A stretch of DNA of 64,000 nucleotides from a virus (taxonomy: Duplodnaviria; Caudoviricetes). The stretch spans positions 1-64,000 of IMG/VR virus record IMGVR_UViG_3300029818_000001; one strand, written 5' to 3'. The translations under genes were made by a program, and so were the position numbers. This document shows positions 1-7,606 of this stretch, in pieces; positions within the stretch are counted from its first letter, which is position 1; every line of letters starts with the position of its first letter. The notes beneath the pieces are model-generated. The model did no database searches, was not told where the DNA came from, and saw only the letters and a program-made list of their open reading frames with translations.

Positions 1-127
1 TTATAACATAACAGAGATGTTATAACATAACAGAGATGTTATAACATAACAGAGATGTTATAACATAACAGAGATGTTATAACATAACAGAGATGTTATA
101 ACATAACAGAGATGTTATAACATAACA
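1..127. repeat. Perfect tandem repeat of TTATAACATAACAGAGATG (19 bp, 6 full copies + 13 nt), cut by window edge
   Basis: Read directly; junctions create the 12-bp palindrome ATGTTATAACAT; no spacers. Confidence 0.97.
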
Positions 128-637
128 CTCTCACGTCTAGCATAAAATCAACTCAATGTCAAATTTATTTCAGCGTTAAAAATTAAATTTGACAAACAGA
201 AAAACATCAATTTTTAAGCATTAAGAAAATTTGACGTTAAGTATTTTTTATGTTAGTTGATTCTTTAACGTAATTTTTTATTGACATTGTTTTTATTTTG
301 TGTCTCTTTTAAAATAACAGCGATTAATTACGTTTTTTAATTTAACGCCGTTTTTTAAAGCGTAAAATCGAAAATTAAGCGCGTTTTAAGCGACGATAAT
401 AAAAAAGCTATAGCAATACATTGCTTAAGTCGTTATCGTCGAAAATCGGCTTTCACGGCGCTTTTAACGGCATTGCTTGCCGGTATTGTTACCGGTTTTT
501 TACTATACTCACACGCGCGCTCTTATATACGCGCGGCAATAATCGGCACATTCGGCAAACATTGCCGATAAAATCAAAAAATAAATCGTTTAAAATCAAC
601 AAGTTAAGACTTTTTAACGTCAATTACGAAGATAAAC

Positions 638-665
638 TTGCGTTAAAAAGAAAAATCCGTATAAT
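638..665 (+). promoter_or_regulatory. Putative sigma70 promoter for the orphan gene at 821
   Basis: TTGCGT-16 bp-TATAAT upstream of first ORF. Confidence 0.5.
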
Positions 666-820
666 ACAAATCACCGCAGCGGAATGCGGTTTCAGAAGCC
701 GGACTGCTTCGCCGCTCTTTAACAATTTGTGCTTAAATCGGTTTCCGTATTCACTCGGATTAAAGTAACAATCGTAATAGCGAAAAAAATCAATAACTTA
801 TAACTTAACGGAAAAATATC

Positions 821-1405
821 ATGAATATATTTGACAAAATCGAAGCAGTTCAAGAGTTTAGAAAAACGCTTGATTATCAAGCGGTTGAGAATGAATCGGG
901 TGTCGGCATTGCCGCGGATCGATGTGATAAAAACCGCGTCAGCCGGTTGAAACGGCTAAAGCGGTTCGATTCTCTGCCGTTCGATCAACTCAGCTTTTTA
1001 GCTGAAAATGTCGACATTGATCAATTCGAGCGTGCTATATACGCTCAAGACAAAGTTAGACAATTCTTAAAATTCAGAGCGGGCGACCGCTCAGTCTACG
1101 GCGGCAATCGAGTAACCGGGTGTAACACGCAAAAGAAAAACAACGCTTTCTTAATGATAATTGACTACATTAGAAAGCAAGACGAACAAAGTATCGTTTT
1201 GTCAAGCACTTTTCATAAAAATTTATTAATGAGATACGGGCAACCGGCCGCTTCGGTCGGTGCTCAGTCGGGGAGCAACAACACGACACTAGAATGCTTT
1301 AAGTGCGCCGTGCCGCTTGATTCAGCGCGAACCGCTTACCGAATAGACGTTGAGCGCGTTAAAGCGCTCTTCGGTGAAACGTTCACCGATGTAAAAATAG
1401 TTTAA
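821..1405 (+). CDS. Hypothetical protein (194 aa, no Trp)
   Basis: Long ORF with ATG in AT-rich context downstream of promoter-like site; no recognisable motif. Confidence 0.75.
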   Translation: MNIFDKIEAVQEFRKTLDYQAVENESGVGIAADRCDKNRVSRLKRLKRFDSLPFDQLSFLAENVDIDQFERAIYAQDKVRQFLKFRAGDRSVYGGNRVTGCNTQKKNNAFLMIIDYIRKQDEQSIVLSSTFHKNLLMRYGQPAASVGAQSGSNNTTLECFKCAVPLDSARTAYRIDVERVKALFGETFTDVKIV

Positions 1406-1414
1406 CAATAATAA

Positions 1415-1432
1415 TAAGTTAGCCGTGACTTA
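1415..1432. promoter_or_regulatory. Operator-like palindrome copy TAAGTTA-GCCG-TGACTTA (inside 11-bp hairpin 1418-1445)
   Basis: One mismatch to TAAGTCA-N4-TGACTTA consensus. Confidence 0.6.
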
Positions 1433-1464
1433 GTTCACGGCTAACACTATCGGAGCATAAAATC

Positions 1465-1632
1465 ATGAAAAAAGAAGAGTTGAGACTTTACAAATCGTTA
1501 ACGAACGCAAAGCGCGCTAATAGCGCTTATCGTCGGCACGGTCGGCGCGTGTCCGAACCGTTTCGACATTACGTTATAGACAAACGCTTAAAAGAGTCGA
1601 ACCGCATACGATACGCGGTTATCGTCAAATAA
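1465..1632 (+). CDS. Small basic hypothetical protein (55 aa, MKKEELRLYKSL...), not in ORF track
   Basis: GGAG Shine-Dalgarno, ATG at 1465, TAA at 1630-1632, hairpins follow. Confidence 0.6.
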   Translation: MKKEELRLYKSLTNAKRANSAYRRHGRRVSEPFRHYVIDKRLKESNRIRYAVIVK

Positions 1633-1733
1633 CGCCGCTTAAAGCGGCGATAACAACAAAGCCGATAAATCTATCGGCTTTTCACTTAATAAGCCGTTAA
1701 CAGTGCTTAACGGCTTAATTTGCGGATCATATT

Positions 1734-1997
1734 ATGAACAGAGAAACTTTCAAGCGCGCATTTCGCGCGGTCCGATTGCTAATACAATCGGACAATGAAA
1801 TTGTCTGTATGACATACAGACATTATTTAGAGTTATCAGAGCAGAGCAACTCTGATGCTCTTTGTTGTTATCAAGATCGGCAATCGGTCTATGTAGCGCC
1901 GCTTCAATCGCGGTTGAATCGTTTCAAAGTGTTTAAAAAAATGAAAGCAACCGGCTTTCATGCCGGTGAGCGCTTTAGACCGGCTAACTTTATCTAA
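1734..1997 (+). CDS. Hypothetical protein (87 aa, no Trp)
   Basis: ATG ORF co-oriented with the two preceding genes. Confidence 0.55.
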   Translation: MNRETFKRAFRAVRLLIQSDNEIVCMTYRHYLELSEQSNSDALCCYQDRQSVYVAPLQSRLNRFKVFKKMKATGFHAGERFRPANFI

Positions 1998-2129
1998 AGC
2001 GACTAATGAGAATGATTCTCAACTAGACGGAATTAGTTGAGAATCATTGTCGTTTGAGAGTCATTCTCAATAGCGATAGTCTTAGAAATTTCGACTAAGT
2101 GCTCCCTCCCCACCCACCTTCAATCCACC

Positions 2130-2193
2130 TTCCAAAACACACTCTCCTCGCAGATATACCATTCCAAAACACACTCTCCTCGCAGATATACCA
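2130..2193. repeat. 32-bp perfect tandem duplication TTCCAAAACACACTCTCCTCGCAGATATACCA x2
   Basis: Read directly (2130-2161, 2162-2193). Confidence 0.95.
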
Positions 2194-2287
2194 TATTCGA
2201 TTTTCCATATATCCTTTCGACTTGATCTTCTCGCTCCTCTTAGATATACTTTCGCTAACATAAATTTCATGATTTATGTTCCGTTTC

Positions 2288-2315
2288 AAGCCTCTCTCGC
2301 GAGAGGCTTTTTTTT
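2288..2315 (+). terminator. Rho-independent terminator
   Basis: AAGCCTCTC-TCGC-GAGAGGCTT plus T-tract, between convergent blocks. Confidence 0.8.
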
Positions 2316-2326
2316 GACTTAAAAAA

Positions 2327-2737
2327 TTACAGACTATTGGAGATCGATATGGCAGTATAAATAACCATAAAGAATAAAAGAGCGGTTGACCCCAATGCCG
2401 CCGCTAGAGCGCGATTGGAAATCTCTCTTTGCTTTGCCAGCTTCGACTCGGTATCAGCCACGTATTCTCTCAAATGCTCAACTCTCTCTTCGACACTATT
2501 GGTGTGACTTTTAAGTGACGCCAGAGTTTTATCCAGACCCTTAATCCTCTCGTCCTTTCCAGCAATTATGTTTTCACCGTTCTTGACGATACCCTTATAC
2601 ATTTTTGTCCGATTTTTCTCTATTCTTAACGCCTTCTCCAGATGATAAATCTTGTCTTGCATGAATTGCTCGTCATGCGTTTTGTAAATATCCGCAGTCA
2701 GATATTCAAAAAAGTTATCTTTGATTTTGTTAAACAT
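2327..2737 (-). CDS. Coiled-coil protein with C-terminal transmembrane anchor
   Basis: 136 aa; charged helical body, hydrophobic tail ALAAALGSTALLFFMVIYTAI. Confidence 0.75.
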   Translation of the reverse strand: MFNKIKDNFFEYLTADIYKTHDEQFMQDKIYHLEKALRIEKNRTKMYKGIVKNGENIIAGKDERIKGLDKTLASLKSHTNSVEERVEHLREYVADTESKLAKQREISNRALAAALGSTALLFFMVIYTAISISNSL

Positions 2738-2794
2738 TTTTCACCTTTTAATTAAAAATTTGAGTCAAAGTAGCTCCGATGCTCTCTGTTGTTA

Positions 2795-3175
2795 TCAAGA
2801 TAGGCGGCCTCCCTCCGCAACCATAGAGACGATCGTCATCACGGTTGCTGCGACAATGAAGACCATTAAATAAATCGCCACACTTAATGCGGCTATCGTT
2901 CTATTGGCCTTTTTAAGCCTGACCTTGAGACTCGTTGTTAGCTCACACTCTTCTTGCAGTCTCCCCCGCACCTTTGTCATTTTCTCCCGCACCCCGACAA
3001 GCTCCTCCAGCTCTCTTTTGGCATTCTCCAGTCTCTCGCTTAGACGAGCCCTTTCAGCACTCACATCCCGAACCACATCTTGACTTCTCATCAGTCTTTG
3101 ACTTGCGTCAATGCGGAAAGCCTCGTGAGTGGATACACTCATCAAGCCAGCTTTTTTTATCAGTTTTTTCAGCAT
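2795..3175 (-). CDS. Coiled-coil protein with C-terminal transmembrane anchor (start reassigned to MLKKLIKK)
   Basis: AGGAG SD upstream of 3175; tail IAALSVAIYLMVFIVAATVMTIVSMV. Confidence 0.75.
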   Translation of the reverse strand: MLKKLIKKAGLMSVSTHEAFRIDASQRLMRSQDVVRDVSAERARLSERLENAKRELEELVGVREKMTKVRGRLQEECELTTSLKVRLKKANRTIAALSVAIYLMVFIVAATVMTIVSMVAEGGRLS

Positions 3176-3186
3176 GTTTTTATCTC

Positions 3187-3417
3187 CTAGTTTTGTAAGA
3201 TCGTCGACAAGACGATTGTTATTGCCGCGACTGCTGTGGCGCTCGCGACCCCCGCCGCAAAGCCCTTTGCGATTAAGAACTTGTGAGAGCTGCGTATCCC
3301 CGCCAACTGTATGCGTAGTCTGGCGTTGGTTGCTCTTAGAATGTCGTTTTCGCATTTCAAGTTATCAATCTTTTCTCTTGCAGATTGATTGGCTCTCTTT
3401 CTGTCGTTTCGTGTCAT
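3187..3417 (-). CDS. Small coiled-coil protein with C-terminal transmembrane anchor
   Basis: 76 aa; start overlaps DHFR stop; tail GFAAGVASATAVAAITIVLSTIL. Confidence 0.7.
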   Translation of the reverse strand: MTRNDRKRANQSAREKIDNLKCENDILRATNARLRIQLAGIRSSHKFLIAKGFAAGVASATAVAAITIVLSTILQN

Positions 3418-3911
3418 TGTTTAGCTCTTATGTAGATATTGAAGTCAAATGAAAAGGGTGTATTCGCGCTCGGCTCATGTGGCTCATGCATTGCGCACAC
3501 CCAATCCAAGTCGTGAATCGAAGGGAAGTAGGCGTCGCCGGCAAACGGCGCATTAATGTTGGTGATGTAGAGCTTTCGCGCGTAAGGTAGAAATTCGCGA
3601 TAAATCTGTTCGCCACCAATGACGATGATCTCTGAGGGGTAATACTCGGCAAAGTCGAGAATGTCTCTTGAGTTGCTATAGCAGGTGGCGCCATAAGGTG
3701 ACCGATAGTCTTTGTCACGACTAAGCACGAAATTGACGCGATGAGATAGCAACTTGCCAATCGACTCATGCGTCTTGCGGCCCATCACCACGATGTTGTT
3801 TTTGGTGATCTCAACAAAGTGCTTCATATCCTCGGGACAATGCCAGGGTAGATGATCTCCGTTGCCGATTACGCCATTGGCGGCAACCGCCGCAATCATG
3901 GAAATGTTCAT
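3414..3911 (-). CDS. folA: Dihydrofolate reductase
   Basis: IAAVAANGVIG..LPW..PEDMKHF, VVMGRKTHESIG, VIGGEQIY, GDAYFP motifs. Confidence 0.96.
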   Translation of the reverse strand: MNISMIAAVAANGVIGNGDHLPWHCPEDMKHFVEITKNNIVVMGRKTHESIGKLLSHRVNFVLSRDKDYRSPYGATCYSNSRDILDFAEYYPSEIIVIGGEQIYREFLPYARKLYITNINAPFAGDAYFPSIHDLDWVCAMHEPHEPSANTPFSFDFNIYIRAKQ

Positions 3912-4171
3912 CAGCGTCTATCCTTTAGTGCATCGACAGCGATATCGCGAAGATATCGTGCGTCAGCAGCGAGCTTCATCGCCACTTGACCATTTAGCTC
4001 GCAACCCTCGTTTGCGGCCTCTTGATGTAGATTTTTAACAGGATTGGCGATGCGATCGAGCGCGTGACGCAATCTATCAATCTCCTCAAGTAGCTCGTTG
4101 GCAACCTGATCTCCCGGGGGAGGTAATAAGCAAAGACAGGCTCGCATTTTGTTCAACTTTTCAATGGTCAT
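3911..4171 (-). CDS. Hypothetical protein
   Basis: 86-aa ORF coupled to folA start. Confidence 0.7.
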   Translation of the reverse strand: MTIEKLNKMRACLCLLPPPGDQVANELLEEIDRLRHALDRIANPVKNLHQEAANEGCELNGQVAMKLAADARYLRDIAVDALKDRR

Positions 4172-4188
4172 AATTCACTCGTGACTTA
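4171..4188. promoter_or_regulatory. Operator-like palindrome copy TAATTCA-CTCG-TGACTTA
   Basis: Fills the intergenic gap between endolysin and next gene. Confidence 0.7.
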
Positions 4189-4189
4189 T

Positions 4190-4819
4190 TTATACGAATC
4201 TGGAAAAATGCTCGGTTTTGGCGATACGATCATCCAAGCCGTGCGGCTTAATGCTTGTGCTCCAAGTGCCAACATTGATCGCCTTCGACAACTTAATGAT
4301 GTTCTTGCGATCGGGCTTGGCGGCAACCCACAGATTATGCACGTCGAAATAATGCTTTGCGGAGGCGAAATAATGCTCTGGTCGCAAGATGATCTCTGGG
4401 TCGGTGTTGTCGGGCAAGCCTGCGAAGCGCAAATAGCGCACAATGTTGGTTCTGCCGGTCAACTGAATAGCCCCAACGCCGCGATAACGCCAGCCGTCGC
4501 CGGAGGCTTCGTCGCCATTACCCATGCGTCTTGCATAGACTCGATTGGCAATCATTTCGGGTCTACCTGCGTAGTCTTTAAACTCCTGACCCACGAAGTG
4601 ACGCTTGAATACGCGGCGTAGCGATTCCTCGCGATAGTTAAGATTTTCGCGACCCATCGAAAAGCTGCCTGTCTCGTGTGCGCATTGCCCTAGAAACGAC
4701 GCAATTCTATCTCTCTCGACATTCAGTGTATCAACCATGTGCCCTATGGTATTTCTGCCGATGATGCCGTCGTCATCGAGTCCATAACGTCTCTGATAAT
4801 CCTTTACAAATTTTGTCAC
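4190..4819 (-). CDS. Endolysin, glycoside hydrolase family 19, with short N-terminal peptidoglycan-binding-like segment
   Basis: FLGQCAHETGSF, ENLNY, YRGVGAIQLTGR motifs; DGIIGRNT; AGGAG SD. Confidence 0.9.
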   Translation of the reverse strand: MTKFVKDYQRRYGLDDDGIIGRNTIGHMVDTLNVERDRIASFLGQCAHETGSFSMGRENLNYREESLRRVFKRHFVGQEFKDYAGRPEMIANRVYARRMGNGDEASGDGWRYRGVGAIQLTGRTNIVRYLRFAGLPDNTDPEIILRPEHYFASAKHYFDVHNLWVAAKPDRKNIIKLSKAINVGTWSTSIKPHGLDDRIAKTEHFSRFV

Positions 4820-4820
4820 G

Positions 4821-5129
4821 TTATTCTCCTTTTTTGGCTGCCTTCGCAGCTTCCTGTTTTAAAATCTCTTCTATCTTGACCTTGGCTTCGTCACTAATTG
4901 AGGCGGTTTTTATCCGAATCTCTTGCCTTGCCCGATATTTTCTTTTGTCGTCAAGCGTGTTGTCGACCGCCTTCTTAAATACGCCATCCTCCATTTCGAT
5001 ACAAGCTATTAAAAACATCGACACGGATAGCTTGCGCCGACCACCCAGTCTGTGTAATTTTTTCTTAAGTTCTTCGCCAGCCTCGTGAGGTAGAATTGCG
5101 GATATTCTTACGTCTTTTTTCGTCGTCAT
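4821..5129 (-). CDS. Hypothetical basic protein, possibly ribbon-helix-helix DNA-binding
   Basis: 102 aa; N-terminal beta-like VRISAIL followed by helices. Confidence 0.6.
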   Translation of the reverse strand: MTTKKDVRISAILPHEAGEELKKKLHRLGGRRKLSVSMFLIACIEMEDGVFKKAVDNTLDDKRKYRARQEIRIKTASISDEAKVKIEEILKQEAAKAAKKGE

Positions 5130-5174
5130 GATTGTTTGAATTAATTTTAAAATGAAGTTAAAATTATAAACGCT

Positions 5175-6710
5175 TTATTCAAATAGCGCAAAATTAAATT
5201 CATCATCTTCAGCGAGAATATTCTCGCCAAAACCCTCGGTGTTTTGCACAATCCAGCGTCTTTGTGTCGCGTGATCGCGGGTATGGCAATTATGACTGTC
5301 GGTGAAGTCCACGATAAAGGCGACATTGGGTCCCTGTTTCTTTTTGCGTAGGCCGCGACCAATACGCTGCCGTAGCGCAACCTCGGCTTTGCCGCCGCCC
5401 GCTAAGATAATCCCGCCAACGGATGGCACATCCACGCCGACATCGAGAATGTTGGTGCCGATCAGCACATCGATGTCGCCTTCGCCGAGTTTCTTCAAAG
5501 CTCTCTGACGCTCGACTTGCGAGCTTTCGCCTCGAATGAAGATCGCCTTCATGCCGTCAGCATTGAGCAAGTCTCTCAAAGTGTGACCGTGCTTGGTATG
5601 CTGCACCAAAATCATGACCGTTAAGCCGTGAAAGACCATCTTGCGCGACTCCTCTACGATAGCCAGATTGCGGTGTTCGTTTTCGGTAATGCCAATCTTG
5701 TAAGCTCTCTGCCAAGAGGTTGATTTACATAACTTGTCAGGCTTCGCCGTGTCGAGATACTTGAAGTAGGGCTTAGCGAGAATGCCCAGCTCAATCAACT
5801 GCTTTTCAGATACCTTAATGCCGACGCCGCCGACGCAAGCCATCAACCGCATGTTGTCTTCTTCGTTGTCCTTCATGAAAGGCGTGGCGGTTAGCGCCAA
5901 TCGGTAATGGGCATTAACGCAATGCTTTAAAATGTTAAAATAGCTATCGCTGGAGGCTTCGTGAGCTTCTTCCAGCACCACAAATTCGAATTTGCCAAGC
6001 AGCTCTTTAGTCTTCTCTTGAATAATCAGTTGCTTTTTTTGCTGCGCCTTGCTTGAGAAGGGGTCGGGGTCTTTGAGCCGCGCCGCCAACGTCTGCACCA
6101 TCGCCACAGTCGCAAACCTCTTTGGATACCATTCGCCATCGCCAATGACACCCACTTGTGCGCCGATCAAGTCGGTCTCGCCTTGTTGAGCGCGGTATTC
6201 GAAAGAGGCTTGTAGATGATCGCGCATTTGATACATCAATGCTCCGCGCGTGGTGATGAATAGAGTAGGGCGCTTAATGCGGGCAACCGCCATGCAGCAG
6301 ACGCGACTTTTACCTCCGCCCGTTGCCAGTTGAGCGACCATGCTGCCTTTCGTAAGAAGCCGCTCGACCGTCTCAGGCTGATACTCGTATTCCGGTTGAT
6401 AGTCGAAAGAGTCGATTGGTGCGCGCTCAATACCGAGTGGCTCAGGCAAAGGCTTGTGAATGAGCTGAACTCGATGACCTTTCTTCTTCAATACCGAGTC
6501 GACCCGATTGACAAAGCCGGCCGGAAAGGTGCCTTGACGATGCTTGAAAAAGCTGGAGCGACCATCCCAACGCCCGCTCTTAAATAGCAACGAATGCTCC
6601 GCACCGGCGACCTCGTATGACAGCAATCTCGATACGATGGATTTTATTTCGGGCGATGCGTCTATCAGCTTGGCATTTACCGCATTCTTCGCTATTTTTA
6701 CTAGCGCCAT
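5175..6710 (-). CDS. Superfamily 2 helicase (ResIII/UvsW-like)
   Basis: LATGGGKS Walker A, LEEAH, ALTATP, QRIGRGLR motif VI. Confidence 0.92.
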   Translation of the reverse strand: MALVKIAKNAVNAKLIDASPEIKSIVSRLLSYEVAGAEHSLLFKSGRWDGRSSFFKHRQGTFPAGFVNRVDSVLKKKGHRVQLIHKPLPEPLGIERAPIDSFDYQPEYEYQPETVERLLTKGSMVAQLATGGGKSRVCCMAVARIKRPTLFITTRGALMYQMRDHLQASFEYRAQQGETDLIGAQVGVIGDGEWYPKRFATVAMVQTLAARLKDPDPFSSKAQQKKQLIIQEKTKELLGKFEFVVLEEAHEASSDSYFNILKHCVNAHYRLALTATPFMKDNEEDNMRLMACVGGVGIKVSEKQLIELGILAKPYFKYLDTAKPDKLCKSTSWQRAYKIGITENEHRNLAIVEESRKMVFHGLTVMILVQHTKHGHTLRDLLNADGMKAIFIRGESSQVERQRALKKLGEGDIDVLIGTNILDVGVDVPSVGGIILAGGGKAEVALRQRIGRGLRKKKQGPNVAFIVDFTDSHNCHTRDHATQRRWIVQNTEGFGENILAEDDEFNFALFE

Positions 6711-6758
6711 AAATTTATTCCTAGAAAGACTTGATTTTTAAAATATTTTTATATAGGC

Positions 6759-6776
6759 TAAGTCACCAATGACCTA
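6759..6776. promoter_or_regulatory. Operator-like palindrome copy TAAGTCA-CCAA-TGACCTA
   Basis: In divergent intergenic region helicase/ParB. Confidence 0.75.
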
Positions 6777-6799
6777 TATTAACTCAAATTAATACGGAT

Positions 6800-7441
6800 A
6801 TGAATTTGAATTTACTACATCTTAATCCAAATACGCTCAAACCCAACGCCTGGAATCCGAATGTCGTCGATCGCGAGAATCAAGAGAAGCTTGATGCCTC
6901 ACTTGAGCGACTTGGCACCTTTAAGCCCATTCTGGTGCGCGAGCTAGACGACGGCACACTAGAAATCTTGGGCGGCAAGCATCGTCGAGACTCCGCAATT
7001 CGCCGCGAGGTCTCCAAAGTCCCGGTTATCAATCTAGGTAAGATTGACGACACCAGAGCCAAAGAGATTAGCCTGGTCGACAACGAACGTTACGGCGAGG
7101 ATGACGCCATCACTCTGCAAAAAATGCTCAACGGTCTCGAAACAGCTAATGAGCTACCCAACTTCTTGCCGCTTACCTCGGACGATCTCGATTTAATTCT
7201 AGCCGATCACAGTATAAACATTGATGACTTCGATATCGATATCGATGATGACTTGCCTATCGAAAAGCCTACGCCGTCTTCGCCAACGCATCGCATCATG
7301 CGCTTCAAGGTCCAAATAGATGATGCCGAAAGGTTGAGCGACCTTATTGAGAAGACCATTAAGATTAATGGCTTAAATAGCTCGGACGCTTTAACCAACG
7401 CAGGTGACGCTTTGGTGCACATTTGTAAGGAATTTTGGTAA
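6800..7441 (+). CDS. ParB/Srx-like nuclease-domain protein 1
   Basis: LKPNAWNPN, KPILVR, EILGGKHRRDSA, DNERYGEDD. Confidence 0.85.
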   Translation: MNLNLLHLNPNTLKPNAWNPNVVDRENQEKLDASLERLGTFKPILVRELDDGTLEILGGKHRRDSAIRREVSKVPVINLGKIDDTRAKEISLVDNERYGEDDAITLQKMLNGLETANELPNFLPLTSDDLDLILADHSINIDDFDIDIDDDLPIEKPTPSSPTHRIMRFKVQIDDAERLSDLIEKTIKINGLNSSDALTNAGDALVHICKEFW

Positions 7442-7606
7442 GTGAATAACTTTAAGTTTGAAGGCTGCATTGATTGCGCTCATGTGGGGCACGGCGTTAG
7501 AACCAGAGAATGTTCAGGTTGTCATTGCGGTGAGAATTTCGAGCCACGGCTTGATGAATTGAAATTAAATGGAAGTTATGAAGAAGATGACGCAGAAGAT
7601 TACTGA
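7442..7606 (+). CDS. Small Cys-rich peptide (54 aa; CIDC...CSGCHC, acidic tail), not in ORF track
   Basis: GTG directly after ParB1 stop, open to TGA 7604-7606; possible metal-binding. Confidence 0.55.
   Translation: MNNFKFEGCIDCAHVGHGVRTRECSGCHCGENFEPRLDELKLNGSYEEDDAEDY

Noticed and set aside
1-127. CRISPR array
   Set aside because: Repeats are head-to-tail with no spacers and no cas genes; the same applies to the 32-bp duplication at 2130-2193
505-536. N15-type hairpin telomere site (TATACGCGCG)
   Set aside because: Only half of the telRL palindrome is present and no protelomerase is recognisable in the window
421-768. 115-aa ORF in the track
   Set aside because: TTG start without SD, spans the likely promoter, low-complexity composition; probably non-coding
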